From: Acutalibacteraceae bacterium
Lineage (GTDB): Bacteria; Bacillota; Clostridia; Oscillospirales; Acutalibacteraceae
Reading direction: 5' to 3'
DNA length: 64,000 nucleotides
NCBI GenBank assembly: GCA_045578085.1
Contig: JAZNJO010000063.1
Span: 275 to 64,274, forward strand
The notes below the pieces were generated by a model, which worked only from the letters and a program-made list of their open reading frames with translations, made no database searches and was not told the origin of the DNA. This document shows positions 42,947 to 53,554 of the stretch, in pieces. Both the position numbers and the translations under genes were made by a program. Each line of letters opens with the position of its first letter. Position 1 is the first letter of the stretch.

Positions 42947-44392
42947 CTAATTATTGACGGTGGCGGCGGGCAGCCAAAAACCGAACTCGGTAAACTCCCC
43001 CTCCACCGAACGGACCGAAACCTCGCCCCCGTGGAGGCGCACCACCGTCTGCACGATATACAAACCCAGTCCCACGCCGTTCTTATCCAGTCCGCGGGAG
43101 CGGTCGCTCTTGTAAAATCGCTCAAAGATGCGGGGCATCTCCTCGGCGGGAATGCCTGCGCCGGTATTACGCATTACCATATACACCCGTTCCCCTACCC
43201 GATGCAGGCGGATGTCGATCTGTCCACCCTCGTCAGTGAACTTGATGGCGTTGTCCAGCAGGTTATACAGAACCTGACCCAACAGGTCCCGATCCCCCTC
43301 CACCTCAATACGGGGACAATCCTCCAAGCCCGTGACGGTCAACCGTTTCTGCTCGATGCGCTGTTCGGAGGAGATAAGGGTATTGCACACCACCTCGGTG
43401 AGATCCACGCGAGCGGTATTGAGTTTCAGTTCACCACTGTCGATGCGGGACAGATCCAGCATGGAACGCACCAGACGGGACAGGCGCTTGACCTCGTCGG
43501 ACACGATACGCATGTAGTGGCTCTGCTTCTCTTTGGGCACGGTGCCGTCCAGCATCCCGTCCACAAACCCCGCGATGGTGGTCATGGGGGTTTTCAGCTC
43601 GTGGGACACGTTGGCGATAAAGCTGCGGCGCATCATCTCCACCGAGGAGAGGGACACCGCCATCTGGTTGAGGGACTCGGCCAACTCAGCCACCTCGTCG
43701 TTGCCGCGCACCGTCACACGGGCGCTGAAATCTCCGCTCGCAAAACAGCGGGTGGCGGCGGCCATCTGCCGCAGAGGACGGACGAATCGCGCGGTCATCA
43801 CCCACACGAAGAGAAAGCTCAGCACCAAAGCGCCCAACACCGACATCCCATAGATGCGCAGGTTGGCCTGTAAGGTCTGGGCCAGAATATCCGCCGGTGC
43901 CGAGGCAAACACGTAGCCGATGACCGTGTGATTGTTCACCGTCACCGGCACCGCCACGGTGTATTGGCGGGACTCGTACAGTCCGTTCAGGGTGCCCACC
44001 TCATAGTAAGGCTCCTCAATGGGGAACAGGGATGCCAGCCGCTCCTGAGCCCCCGCCCCGATTGGCGCGTCCCCCGAGGTGACCAGCACCCGTCCTTCCC
44101 CATTCACCACCAGAAAGGTGGCGTCAATGGCGCCCGACACCAGATTGAGCACGGGAGAGAGCCGCTCCTCATTGAGGTGAAACACCAGCCGATTGTCGAG
44201 GGTGGGCACGGCGGTGGCCGCCAATGCCGTCTGCTGGGCAATATTCTCCGCATTCTCGGTGAGCAGTTCCTTCTTCTCCTGAGCCAGCGCCGAGGTGGTG
44301 AACACCACCTGCAACAGGGTCATGGCCAAGAAACCCACCACGATCACCAGTGAGATGACCGACAGGTATTTGGAAAATACACTCTTAAACAT
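42947..44392 (-). CDS. Sensor histidine kinase (HAMP-HisKA-HATPase)
   Basis: FIANVSHELKTPMTTI H-box, NLLDNAIKFT, GVGLGLYIV G-boxes, two N-terminal TM helices. Confidence 0.85.
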   Translation of the reverse strand: MFKSVFSKYLSVISLVIVVGFLAMTLLQVVFTTSALAQEKKELLTENAENIAQQTALAATAVPTLDNRLVFHLNEERLSPVLNLVSGAIDATFLVVNGEGRVLVTSGDAPIGAGAQERLASLFPIEEPYYEVGTLNGLYESRQYTVAVPVTVNNHTVIGYVFASAPADILAQTLQANLRIYGMSVLGALVLSFLFVWVMTARFVRPLRQMAAATRCFASGDFSARVTVRGNDEVAELAESLNQMAVSLSSVEMMRRSFIANVSHELKTPMTTIAGFVDGMLDGTVPKEKQSHYMRIVSDEVKRLSRLVRSMLDLSRIDSGELKLNTARVDLTEVVCNTLISSEQRIEQKRLTVTGLEDCPRIEVEGDRDLLGQVLYNLLDNAIKFTDEGGQIDIRLHRVGERVYMVMRNTGAGIPAEEMPRIFERFYKSDRSRGLDKNGVGLGLYIVQTVVRLHGGEVSVRSVEGEFTEFGFWLPAATVNN

Positions 44393-44403
44393 CCGCTTCC
44401 ACC

Positions 44404-45096
44404 TCAGTCGTTGCGTACTTCGAACTTATAGCCCACGCCCCACACGGTTTTGAGATTCCACTGATCGGATACCCCGTCCAGCTTCTCCCGCAGGCGTTTG
44501 ACGTGTACGTCCACCGTGCGGCTATCCCCAAAATACTCAAAGCCCCACACCTCGTCCAAGAGCTGGTCGCGGGTGTAGACCCGATTGGGGTTGCTGGCCA
44601 AGTGATAAATGAGCTCCATCTCCTTGGGCGGGGTGTCGATGGTCTTGCCCCCCACCCGCAACTCATAATTCTCCATATTAATGTAGAGGTTGTCGTATTC
44701 CACCGCCCGCTCCCGCTTTTGGTCGCTGACCCCGCAGCGGCGCAGCACCGCGCGGATACGGGCAATGACCTCCTTGGTCTCGAAGGGCTTGACCACGTAG
44801 TCGTCGGCGCCCAGTTCCAGACCCAGCACCCGATCAAACACCTCGCCCTTTGCAGTGATCATAATGATGGGCACCGAAGAGCGACGGCGCAGCTCGCGAC
44901 ACACCTGCCAGCCGTCCATACGAGGCATCATCACATCCAGCAGAATGAGATCCGGCTTGTCACTGTCAAAAGCGGTCAGTGCCTGCTCTCCGTCGGTCTT
45001 TACGATGGCAGTGAAGCCTTCCTTCTCCAAATACAGACGCAAAAGCTCGCCGATGTTGCTGTCGTCGTCCACGACCATAATCTTGATGTCGGTCAT
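44404..45096 (-). CDS. OmpR-family response regulator
   Basis: IMVVDDD...DLILLDVMMPRMDG receiver domain. C-terminal winged helix ...TVDVHVKRLREKL...VWGVGYKF. Confidence 0.9.
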   Translation of the reverse strand: MTDIKIMVVDDDSNIGELLRLYLEKEGFTAIVKTDGEQALTAFDSDKPDLILLDVMMPRMDGWQVCRELRRRSSVPIIMITAKGEVFDRVLGLELGADDYVVKPFETKEVIARIRAVLRRCGVSDQKRERAVEYDNLYINMENYELRVGGKTIDTPPKEMELIYHLASNPNRVYTRDQLLDEVWGFEYFGDSRTVDVHVKRLREKLDGVSDQWNLKTVWGVGYKFEVRND

Positions 45097-45173
45097 TGTG
45101 CGCCCTCCTTTTCTCAGCGTTTACATTCAGTGTACCATATTTTCATGGCGGAATGTGAACAGAAAGTGAAAAA

Positions 45174-46298
45174 TCATCCGATAATCTGTGAAATCAAGGG
45201 GTTGGACAGCAGAAAGCCCTCTCGCGTCAGGTGAACGCCCTGCTCATCACACCGCACCAGCGACGCAGGCAATTCCTCAGCGCGGCGACGCCATTCGGCC
45301 GGGATGCTCGTCCCGAAGCGGGCGGCAAACCCATCCTCGCGAAGCCCCTCGGTCAGCCGCAGGCGCAGCAGGGCGTATTCCTCGGCGCCGCCCACAGAGA
45401 TGGTGCCCACGGGATCCTCGACAGGCTCTCCCCCGCCCAGAAAATGCGCGGTATCTCGCGGATAGGTAAAGCGGTGTCCCCCCAAACAGGAGGAGGCGGC
45501 AGGACCCAACCCCAGATAAGGCAAGCTGTCCCAATATTTGAGATTATGGCGGCTCTCACAGCCCTCCTTGGCGGCATTGGAGATCTCGTACTGCCGATAC
45601 CCCAGCGCCTGAGCCCGCTCCATGGCAGCCAAGTAAATATCCGCCGTGTCGTCCTCATCGGGCAGGGGCGGCGGACAATGTCCGTAGGGGGTGCCTGCCT
45701 CCAATTTAAGCAGGTAGGCGGACAGATGGGTGGCACCCAGTTCCGCCGCCGCGTCCACGCTGTGGCAGGCGGTGGTCGCCGTCTGTCCGCTGACCCCCAG
45801 CATCACATCCAGAGAAAGATTGCGGACCCCCGCACGGCGGGCATCCCCCACCGTGCGCTCCACGTCCGCGGGGGTGTGGCGGCGCCCCAGCACCGCCAAT
45901 TCCTGCGGCAGGGCGGACTGCATCCCCAGAGACAGTCGGTTGCCCCCCGCCGCCGCAAAGGCGGAAAGGGTGTCCGCCAGGTTGTCGGCGGGATTGGCCT
46001 CCAAGGTGATCTCGGGGTCGGTGAAAAACAGAGAAAATCGCTCCTCGGCACGGCGGATAATGGCCGCCAGCCGCGCACCGCCCAGCAAAGAGGGGGTGCC
46101 GCCGCCGAAATAGAGGGTATCGGCGGTCAGGGGCAGACGGGCCGCCCATTCGTCCATGGAGCGGAGCAGTCCGCTCACGTAGGCATCCAGCGCTGCCTCG
46201 GCCTGCAACGGGGTGCCCAAGGGGCGGGAATAGAAGTCGCAATAGGGGCATTTTGCCGCGCAAAAGGGCGTATGAATGTACAGTCCGATCCGCTCCAT
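45174..46298 (-). CDS. hemW: Radical SAM heme chaperone HemW
   Basis: MERIGLYIHTPFCAAKCPYCDFYS (CxxxCxxC), about 374 aa, HemN-like C-terminus. Confidence 0.8.
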   Translation of the reverse strand: MERIGLYIHTPFCAAKCPYCDFYSRPLGTPLQAEAALDAYVSGLLRSMDEWAARLPLTADTLYFGGGTPSLLGGARLAAIIRRAEERFSLFFTDPEITLEANPADNLADTLSAFAAAGGNRLSLGMQSALPQELAVLGRRHTPADVERTVGDARRAGVRNLSLDVMLGVSGQTATTACHSVDAAAELGATHLSAYLLKLEAGTPYGHCPPPLPDEDDTADIYLAAMERAQALGYRQYEISNAAKEGCESRHNLKYWDSLPYLGLGPAASSCLGGHRFTYPRDTAHFLGGGEPVEDPVGTISVGGAEEYALLRLRLTEGLREDGFAARFGTSIPAEWRRRAEELPASLVRCDEQGVHLTREGFLLSNPLISQIIG

Positions 46299-46444
46299 AG
46301 GACACCTCCTTGTGTTGTTTTGAAGATTATACCACAAAATATAGTGTTTCGCAAGGCAAAAAGAGCGATTTCCCCCTTGACCGCGGACAATTTTCGCGAT
46401 ATAATGAACCTAGACTAATTCGACATGGAGAAAGGAATATCGAC

Positions 46445-46798
46445 ATGGAGACTGTGAACAAGGTACGACTGAATATCTGCGGCACCGACTACGTGGTGAC
46501 CACCGACGAGACCCCCGGCTATATGCAGGAGCTGGGCGCCCAGCTGGATGCCCGTATCCGCAACGTGATGAACGCCAACGAGCGCACCTCGCTGGTGATG
46601 GCCACCGTGATGACCGCCCTGATGCAGGCGGACGAAGCCAAGAAGGCCGCCCAGTCGGCGGATAATCTGCGCAAACAGCTTAAAAGCTTCTTTGACGACA
46701 GCAACCGCACCCGCGTAGAGGCGGAGGCCCTGCGCCGCGAGGTGGCCCAGCTGCGCCGCGAGAAGGAAGAGCTGGAAAGAAAGTTGGCTATGCGATGA
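46445..46798 (+). CDS. zapA: Cell division protein ZapA
   Basis: VRLNICGTDYVVTTDETPGYMQELGAQLDARIRNV...SLVMATVMTALMQADE plus a coiled-coil tail. Promoter TTGACC-17-TATAAT at 46375-46403. Confidence 0.75.
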   Translation: METVNKVRLNICGTDYVVTTDETPGYMQELGAQLDARIRNVMNANERTSLVMATVMTALMQADEAKKAAQSADNLRKQLKSFFDDSNRTRVEAEALRREVAQLRREKEELERKLAMR

Positions 46799-48870
46799 AA
46801 CACATCCTGCCGGAAGTATTGGCGCCGGCGGGCTCCCCTGAATGCCTGACGGCGGCGGTACGATGCGGTGCCGCCGCCGTTTATTTAGGTGCGGAAGCCT
46901 TTAATGCCCGCCGCAGTGCCCACAACTTCACCACCGAGGCCCTTCGGGAAGCGGTGGCCTATTGTCACGCTCGAGACGTGGCGGTATACCTCACCCTCAA
47001 CACCCTCATCCGCGAGGAGGAGATGGAGGCGGCGGTGGCGGTAGCCATCGAAGCCGCTGCGTGCGGGGTGGACGCTCTTATCTTGCAGGACTTAGGGTTG
47101 GCGCGCCGTCTGCGGGCGGTGATGCCCACCATGCCGCTGCACGCCTCCACCCAGTTATCTTGTCACTCTCCCGCAGGGGTCACCTTCCTGCGCAAGGCAG
47201 GCTTCTCCCGTGTGGTGCTGGCCCGTGAGATGACCCGCGACGAGATCGCCGCCTGTACCGATTTGGGAGTTGAACTGGAAGTGTTTGTCCACGGCGCTCT
47301 GTGTATGAGTGTGTCGGGACAGTGCTATTTCTCCGCTATGTTGGGTTCCCGCAGCGGCAATCGAGGCGCCTGCGCCCAGCCCTGCCGCCTGCCCTTTGCC
47401 CCCACTGAGGGGACGGGACGCCCCGCCACCCCCGACAAGGCGGCGCTGAGCCTCAAAGACAACTGCCTGCTACACTACGTGCAGGAGCTGAAAGAACTGG
47501 GAGTCACCTCCCTGAAAATCGAGGGGCGAATGAAACGCCCCGAATACGTGGCCGCCGCCACCTCCGTGTACGCCGCGGCGGTACGGGGTGAAACGGTCAG
47601 CGACAACCAACTGGAACAACTGAAAAGTGTCTTCTCCCGCAGCGGATTCACCGACGGCTACTACACCGACCGTCGGGGCGGAGAGATGTTCGGTGTGCGC
47701 CGCCACGAGGACGTAACCGCCGCCGCCGGGGTGCTCAAAGAGCTGGCGCGGCTGTACGACAAGGAGTCCCCCTGCGTGGAAATCACCATGGCCTTTTCCC
47801 TGAGCGGCGAGGAGACCCGTCTGACCGTCCGCGACGGCAAGCAGGAGGTCATCGTCACCGCCGACGGAGGCGAGACGGCGGTGAACCGCCCCTTGGATCC
47901 TGCTCGCGTGGAGGAGCAACTCCGCAAGACCGGCGGCACCCCCTACACCGTCACCGCCGTAGACTGCCGCTTGGAAGAGGGGCTTACTCTGCCTATGGCT
48001 GTCATCAACGGCCTGCGGCGACAAGCGGTGGAAGAATTGACCGTAAAGCGGCAAAGCTTCACACCCGTAGAATGGGACAACCGTGCGGTCTGCGAGGCGT
48101 TGCCGCCTCACAAAACAGAGAGTACGCAGTGGATCGCGCGGCTCTCCTCCGCCGTCCAATACTCCCCCGAATTAAATGCAGACGCGGTGATCCTGCCCCT
48201 CAATACCCCCGCCGAGACCATACTCGCCATCACCCGCCGGGTGAAGGTGGGGGTAGAAATTCCCCGCGGACTCTTCGGGCGGGAAGCGGTGACCCGCAAA
48301 CGGCTGGCCGCCGCCAAGGAAGCGGGCGCCGCCTTTGCCCTGTGTAACAACGTGGGTGCCATCCCCCTCTGCCGCGAGGCGGGGCTGGCCCCTTTGGGCG
48401 GGTTCGGTCTGAACATCACCAACCAGGACGCCCTCGCTTTCTATACCAAAAAGAAGCTGGCGGGCGCCACCCTGTCCATGGAGCTGACCTTGGGACAGAT
48501 GGCGGGGCTGCTGCCCGCTCCCCTGCCGGTAGGTCTCATGGTGTACGGGCATCAGCCCCTGATGCTCACCCGCAACTGCCCCCGCCAAAGCGCTCTCGGT
48601 TCCTGCGCCGACTGCAAGGGACAGGGACTCACCGACCGCACCGGCACCCGATTCCCCGTCCAGTGTGCGGGAGGATGCGCCGAGGTGCTCAACAGTGTCC
48701 CCCTGTGGTGGGGGGATAAGACGGATGAGCTGCCCCGTGCGGATTTCCATCTCTTCCATTTCACCATAGAGGACGCCGCCCGTTGCCGCCAGGTGATGGA
48801 CACCTACAAGCAGGGCGGCAAGCCCCCCGCCGCCATCACCAGAGGACTCTACAAACGCGGCGTGGAGTGA
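46795..48870 (+). CDS. U32-family peptidase (long form)
   Basis: LEVFVHGALCMSVSGQCYFSAMLGSRSGNRGACAQPCR is the U32 signature. Confidence 0.85.
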   Translation: MKHILPEVLAPAGSPECLTAAVRCGAAAVYLGAEAFNARRSAHNFTTEALREAVAYCHARDVAVYLTLNTLIREEEMEAAVAVAIEAAACGVDALILQDLGLARRLRAVMPTMPLHASTQLSCHSPAGVTFLRKAGFSRVVLAREMTRDEIAACTDLGVELEVFVHGALCMSVSGQCYFSAMLGSRSGNRGACAQPCRLPFAPTEGTGRPATPDKAALSLKDNCLLHYVQELKELGVTSLKIEGRMKRPEYVAAATSVYAAAVRGETVSDNQLEQLKSVFSRSGFTDGYYTDRRGGEMFGVRRHEDVTAAAGVLKELARLYDKESPCVEITMAFSLSGEETRLTVRDGKQEVIVTADGGETAVNRPLDPARVEEQLRKTGGTPYTVTAVDCRLEEGLTLPMAVINGLRRQAVEELTVKRQSFTPVEWDNRAVCEALPPHKTESTQWIARLSSAVQYSPELNADAVILPLNTPAETILAITRRVKVGVEIPRGLFGREAVTRKRLAAAKEAGAAFALCNNVGAIPLCREAGLAPLGGFGLNITNQDALAFYTKKKLAGATLSMELTLGQMAGLLPAPLPVGLMVYGHQPLMLTRNCPRQSALGSCADCKGQGLTDRTGTRFPVQCAGGCAEVLNSVPLWWGDKTDELPRADFHLFHFTIEDAARCRQVMDTYKQGGKPPAAITRGLYKRGVE

Positions 48871-48911
48871 TAAGCAACAAAAAAGCACCGACTGACAGTC
48901 GGTGCTTTTTC

Positions 48912-50054
48912 TTATTTCGTATACCGCGTTTCGCCACCGATGATGGTGGCGCGCACGGCGAAGACAGGGTCAGTGATTATAATATCCGCATCCTTCCCTA
49001 CTTCCAGCGAGCCTTTGCGGTGGTCCATCCCCAGCACGGTGGCAGGGTTGAGGGAGGCGGCATTGACACACTCCCACAGCGGGATGGAGGAATGGGTATA
49101 CACCTGCCATACCCCACGGTTGAGGGCCAGCACGCTGCCCGCGATGGTGCCGTCCTTCAGACGGCACACCTGCCCGTCGTAGCGGATGGGCTGTCCCCCC
49201 AAGGTATACTCGCCCTCAGGCAGACCGCCCGCCGGCAGACAGTCGGTAATAAAGCACAGGCGTCGCCCTTTCAGCCGCCACACCAAATCGTACAGCGCCG
49301 CATCCACGTGATAGCCGTCCACAATCAGCTCGCAGCTCACGTCGCGGGCAAGGGCGGCGGTCACCGCACCGGGGGCGCGATGGGAAATCGGTGGCATAGC
49401 ATTAAAGAGATGGGTCACGTGACCCACCCCCGCCTCGATAGCGGCGGCGGCGGTGGCATAGTCCGCCTCGGTGTGTCCCATAGACACCACTACGTCGGTC
49501 TCGGCCCGCACCTGACGGACGAAGGCAAAGTCGGCGGTATCCCGCTCCGGCGCTACCGTCACCAGTCGGATCACGTCCGCATACTCCCGAATCAGGTCGG
49601 CATTGGGCGGCTGTATGTGGCGTGGATCCTGCGCCCCCGCCTTATTAGGGCTGACGAAGGGACCCTCGGCGTGGAAGCCCAGTATGGTGCTCCCCTGCCA
49701 GCGACGGCTCTCTGCCATTACCTGACGGCCTGCCTCCAGCGCCCCACGGATGGTGTCCTCCCCCACCGTCATGGTGGTGGGCAGATATCCGGTAACACCA
49801 TTGGCTATCAGTCCTTCGGAGATGGTCCGCAAACTCTGTGCCGACCCGTCGCACACGTCCCGTCCTAAATAACCGTGGATATGCAGGTCAATAAGACCAG
49901 CCGCCACATAGCCGCCCTCGGCGTCCAGAATGGTCGCCTCCGCAGGCACTTCATCCATCGGGACGATGCCCTCGATCACATCGGTATATAACAGGGCGTG
50001 GTTATCCACCGCCCCGTCTTTGGTAAGAATCGTACCGTTTATAATGGCTTTCAT
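48912..50054 (-). CDS. nagA: N-acetylglucosamine-6-phosphate deacetylase
   Basis: Trimmed to MKAIINGTILT.... LIDLHIHGYLG, HAEGPF, THLFNAM motifs. Confidence 0.85.
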   Translation of the reverse strand: MKAIINGTILTKDGAVDNHALLYTDVIEGIVPMDEVPAEATILDAEGGYVAAGLIDLHIHGYLGRDVCDGSAQSLRTISEGLIANGVTGYLPTTMTVGEDTIRGALEAGRQVMAESRRWQGSTILGFHAEGPFVSPNKAGAQDPRHIQPPNADLIREYADVIRLVTVAPERDTADFAFVRQVRAETDVVVSMGHTEADYATAAAAIEAGVGHVTHLFNAMPPISHRAPGAVTAALARDVSCELIVDGYHVDAALYDLVWRLKGRRLCFITDCLPAGGLPEGEYTLGGQPIRYDGQVCRLKDGTIAGSVLALNRGVWQVYTHSSIPLWECVNAASLNPATVLGMDHRKGSLEVGKDADIIITDPVFAVRATIIGGETRYTK

Positions 50055-50239
50055 CGGCTCACCTCGTCTCTCTTGCCCCATTGTAGCAGAAAGGGCGAGA
50101 AAGTACAACCCTTTTTGGAAGAAAAATAGGGGCGAACTTTGTTCGCCTGCGGGCGGTCCGTGACCGCCCCTACGGAACAGAACGAACATAGCGGTATAAA
50201 AAACACCCCGCTCTCCACGAAAGCGGGGTGCGATGGGAA

Positions 50240-51166
50240 TTATTTCAAGAAGCCGCTGACGATCTGCTCCTCGGCCTCCTGCTCGGTAAGGCCCAAGGTC
50301 ATCAGCTTAATGAGCTGTTCGCCCGCAATCTTGCCGATGGCGGCCTCGTGAATGAGAGCCGCATCCAGATGGTTAGCGGTCACCTCGGGGATGGCGCTCA
50401 CCGACGCGGCATCCATAATGATGGCGTCACACTCCGAATGGGCCGAGCACTTGGCGTTGCCGTTGATGACCGAACGGAACACCTGACGGGATTCCCCCTT
50501 AGCCACCGAGCGGGAGGACAACTGAGCAGAAGATCCCTCGCCGTTGAGATCCACCTTGAAGTTGGTCTCCGCCAACTGCTGGCCGTGGGTCATAATCTTC
50601 TCACGGACAATAAGGGTGGCGCCTGCCGCCAGCACCGCATCCGTCTCACGGACGGTGGAGGTGACCCCCTTGATCTGGGTGGACTCCATCTCCATATAGG
50701 CGTCCTCACCCAGTTCGATGACGGTGGTGGGGTTCATTACCCGACGGCCGTTACCGTCCCCGTCGCCGTAATGCTTCTCCACGTATTTGAGCCGCGCCCC
50801 CGCCGCCAGATGGAAGGCGTGAATGCCGTCGTGGCGGGATTCCTCGTCACCGCCATTGTGGATACCGCAGCCGGCCACAATGGTCACGTCGGCGCCCTCG
50901 CCCACGTAAAAGTCGTTATACACCAGCTCCTGATGCCCCGTTTGGCTCAGGATAACGGGGATATGCACGCTCTCGTTCTTGGTGCCGTCCTTGATGATAA
51001 TGTCAATGCCCGGCTTGTCCGTCTTGGTGACGATGTCGATGTTCTCGGTGGTGGCGCGTCCCGCCATCTCACCGTTGGCGCGGATATTGTAGGCGCCCTG
51101 AGGCACCCCGTGCAGATCCGCAATCTGCTCTAACAAGGTCTGTTGAATCTTATCCACTGCGCGCAC
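50240..51166 (-). CDS. SufB/SufD-family Fe-S cluster assembly protein
   Basis: 308 aa beta-helix-type sequence ...SRSVAKGESRQVFRSVINGNAKC...DAALIHEAAIGKIAGEQL. Adjacent to sufC. Confidence 0.7.
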   Translation of the reverse strand: MRAVDKIQQTLLEQIADLHGVPQGAYNIRANGEMAGRATTENIDIVTKTDKPGIDIIIKDGTKNESVHIPVILSQTGHQELVYNDFYVGEGADVTIVAGCGIHNGGDEESRHDGIHAFHLAAGARLKYVEKHYGDGDGNGRRVMNPTTVIELGEDAYMEMESTQIKGVTSTVRETDAVLAAGATLIVREKIMTHGQQLAETNFKVDLNGEGSSAQLSSRSVAKGESRQVFRSVINGNAKCSAHSECDAIIMDAASVSAIPEVTANHLDAALIHEAAIGKIAGEQLIKLMTLGLTEQEAEEQIVSGFLK

Positions 51167-51170
51167 CCCC

Positions 51171-51896
51171 TTACAGCTTGTCCGTCAGGACCGAACAGGG
51201 GCTGCTGCCCGCCAGCAAATCAGGCAGGATGTCCTCCCGCCGACCCTCGTTGCGGATCTGACCGTCGGCCACCACGATGACCCGATCGGCAATATTCAAT
51301 ATCCGCTCCTGATGGGAGATGATCATAATGCTGCCGCCCAGCTTTTCGTGCATCTTCTCAAACACCTGAATCAGGTTATTAAAGCTCCACAGGTCGATGC
51401 CCGCCTCCGGCTCGTCGAAAATGGACAATTTGGTGCCCCGCGCCATAATCATAGCGATCTCGATGCGCTTCAACTCGCCGCCCGAAAGGCTGGCGTTGAT
51501 CTCGCGGTGGATATACTCGCGGGCGCACAGACCCACCTCGGACAGGTAGGCGCAAGCCTCGGAGATGGTAATCTTGCGCCCCGCCGCCAAGGTGATGAGA
51601 TCCTGCACGGTGAGTCCCTTAAACCGCACCGGCTGCTGGAAGGCGAAGCTGATGCCCGCCTGGGCCCGCTGGGTAATGGTCTTGTCGGTGATGTCCTCCC
51701 CATCCAACAGGATTTGTCCCGCGGTGGGGGTCAGGATACCGGCAATGATCTTGGCCAACGTGGACTTGCCGCCACCGTTGGGACCGGTGATGGCCACAAA
51801 CCGCTCGTCGATGGTCAGGTTAATATCCTTGAGGATGTCCAGCGCTTTGCCACTTTCATCCTCTACGGTATAGGTGATGTTTCTCAGTTCTAGCAT
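51171..51896 (-). CDS. sufC: Fe-S cluster assembly ATPase SufC
   Basis: Trimmed to MLELRNITYTV.... GPNGGGKSTL Walker A, LSGGELKR signature, LSIFDEPEAG Walker B. Confidence 0.8.
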   Translation of the reverse strand: MLELRNITYTVEDESGKALDILKDINLTIDERFVAITGPNGGGKSTLAKIIAGILTPTAGQILLDGEDITDKTITQRAQAGISFAFQQPVRFKGLTVQDLITLAAGRKITISEACAYLSEVGLCAREYIHREINASLSGGELKRIEIAMIMARGTKLSIFDEPEAGIDLWSFNNLIQVFEKMHEKLGGSIMIISHQERILNIADRVIVVADGQIRNEGRREDILPDLLAGSSPCSVLTDKL

Positions 51897-51918
51897 AGGG
51901 TTTCCTCTTTTTTGGGTG

Positions 51919-52581
51919 TTATTTCTCCAATACACCACCGGTGTGATCGATGGTGTAGCTGATGGCAGACAGGGGATCGTCCTTGATGGAAATGTGGGCG
52001 GGAGAAATGTAGAAGGTGTAGTCGGTCTTACCGCCAGCCTCCACGATGACCTCGCTGTCCGATACCTCAGCATAGCCGCTGGCGATCTGGTCGCCCGCCT
52101 CGTTAAACAAGGTTACGTCGATATCCATCAACAAAAGGTCGTCGGCACTGCCGTTGCCCAGAATCATCTCCACCGCCAGATAGCCACCCTTGGTATAGTA
52201 AGCGGCGGTAACGGCGCCCCGCAGACCGTCCTCGGCCATCTCGGGCTCGGCGTCGGGGTTGTAGAAATAGGTAAGCTCCGTATTCTGCTCGAACTTCTCT
52301 TGCTTGGCCGCCTGCACGAATTGCAGCGCCAGCGCCGCCACGCAGATGGCCACGATGGCCACCAGCACGATGGAGATGGTGATCACGTCCTTGCGCTTGG
52401 TGGCGGGGCCGTTCTTGGCCGCCTCGCGGCGGGCCTTGGCCACACGGCGCAGGGCCTCCCGTTCCTTTTGCTTGCGCTCTTTCTCCTCCGCCAGCACCTG
52501 CTCGCGGGTCTTATGTTCACCAAAGATATCCATCTCGTCGGAGGAGATGCCGTTCAGGGTATATTTCTTGTCGTCGCTCAT
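51919..52581 (-). CDS. Hypothetical membrane-anchored protein (220 aa)
   Basis: Lys/Glu-rich N-terminus, one TM helix (ITISIVLVAIVAICVAALAL), extracytoplasmic domain. Confidence 0.5.
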   Translation of the reverse strand: MSDDKKYTLNGISSDEMDIFGEHKTREQVLAEEKERKQKEREALRRVAKARREAAKNGPATKRKDVITISIVLVAIVAICVAALALQFVQAAKQEKFEQNTELTYFYNPDAEPEMAEDGLRGAVTAAYYTKGGYLAVEMILGNGSADDLLLMDIDVTLFNEAGDQIASGYAEVSDSEVIVEAGGKTDYTFYISPAHISIKDDPLSAISYTIDHTGGVLEK

Positions 52582-52718
52582 TGTATTGACACATCCATTC
52601 TTTATATTGGCACAGATACCTATTCTTAATCATTTTACACGAAGAAGGCTTAATTGTAAAGATAAAAGCGTGAATAATTTGTAAAAAAGGCGGAAGAGTT
52701 CCCTTCCGCCTTTTTTGT

Positions 52719-52898
52719 TCAGAACATATCCGTCACGTTCTCCAACAGATCCCCGAAGGAATGCAGGGCACGACCTGCATTGCGTTTAAGCCCTTTTTTG
52801 TTCTTTTTCAGCAGATAGGTGCCCATTACGCCGGCGGTGCAGCCCAGCGCCACACCCATCCCCATCCCTTTCATAAAGTGGTCCATACTCTGTTTCAT
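52719..52898 (-). CDS. Small Gly-rich membrane protein (59 aa)
   Basis: AGGAGG RBS. MKQSMDHFMKGMGMGVALGCTAGVMGTYLLKKNKKG.... The longer ORF in the track is a spurious 5' extension. Confidence 0.45.
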   Translation of the reverse strand: MKQSMDHFMKGMGMGVALGCTAGVMGTYLLKKNKKGLKRNAGRALHSFGDLLENVTDMF

Positions 52899-53012
52899 CG
52901 CTTTGCGCCTCCTTTCCTCCCTAGGATGTCCCCAAACAGGCAAATTATGACTTGTCAACCGCTCATTTCTGCGGTACAATAAGAAAAAACACGGAAACGA
53001 GGCGGTACCCCT

Positions 53013-53516
53013 ATGGCCACACTGAATATCGTACTGGTGGAGCCGGAGATTCCCCAGAACACCGGCAACATCAGCCGCACCTGCGCCGCCACCGGCGCCC
53101 GTCTGCACATCGTGGAGCCCATGGGCTTCAAGATTGACGACAAGAAGCTCAAACGGGCGGGTCTGGACTACTGGCATCTGCTGGACATCACCTACTATAA
53201 GGATCTGGACGACTTTTTCGCCCGCAACGAAGGGCCTTACTATTATTTCTCCACCAAGGCCAAGCACATCCACTCGGACGTAAGCTATCCCGACGGGGCC
53301 TATCTGGTGTTCGGCAAGGAGACCAAAGGTCTCCCCGAATGGCTGCTCCACAACAACCCCGACAGCTGCGTACGGCTGCCGATGATCGATCGGGATTCCG
53401 CCCGCTCCCTAAACCTGTCCAACGCAGTGGCGGTGGGTGCCTTCGAAGCCCTGCGCCAGTGGGGATACCCCGCTATGCGCACCGCCGGTCACCTGACCCA
53501 ATACGAGGATGAATAA
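53013..53516 (+). CDS. trmL: tRNA (cytidine/uridine-34 2'-O)-methyltransferase TrmL (SpoU family)
   Basis: LNIVLVEPEIPQNTGNISRTCAATGARLHIVEPMGF...LVFGKETKGLPE...RSLNLSNAVAV. Confidence 0.85.
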   Translation: MATLNIVLVEPEIPQNTGNISRTCAATGARLHIVEPMGFKIDDKKLKRAGLDYWHLLDITYYKDLDDFFARNEGPYYYFSTKAKHIHSDVSYPDGAYLVFGKETKGLPEWLLHNNPDSCVRLPMIDRDSARSLNLSNAVAVGAFEALRQWGYPAMRTAGHLTQYEDE

Positions 53517-53554
53517 AGCAAGAGCCTTCCCTACACAGGGAAGGCTCTTGCTTT
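53516..53554. terminator. Bidirectional terminator shared by trmL and the ABC exporter gene
   Basis: AAAGCAAGAGCCTTCCCtacacaGGGAAGGCTCTTGCTTT. Confidence 0.65.

Noticed and set aside
45231-46418. 395-aa plus-strand ORF
   Set aside because: It is antisense to hemW, which carries the CxxxCxxC radical-SAM motif.
50132-50146. GCGAACTTTGTTCGC palindrome upstream of nagA as a second LexA box
   Set aside because: The GAAC/GTTC half-sites are separated by 3 nt rather than 4. It is more likely an operator for a sugar-metabolism regulator, or a chance match.
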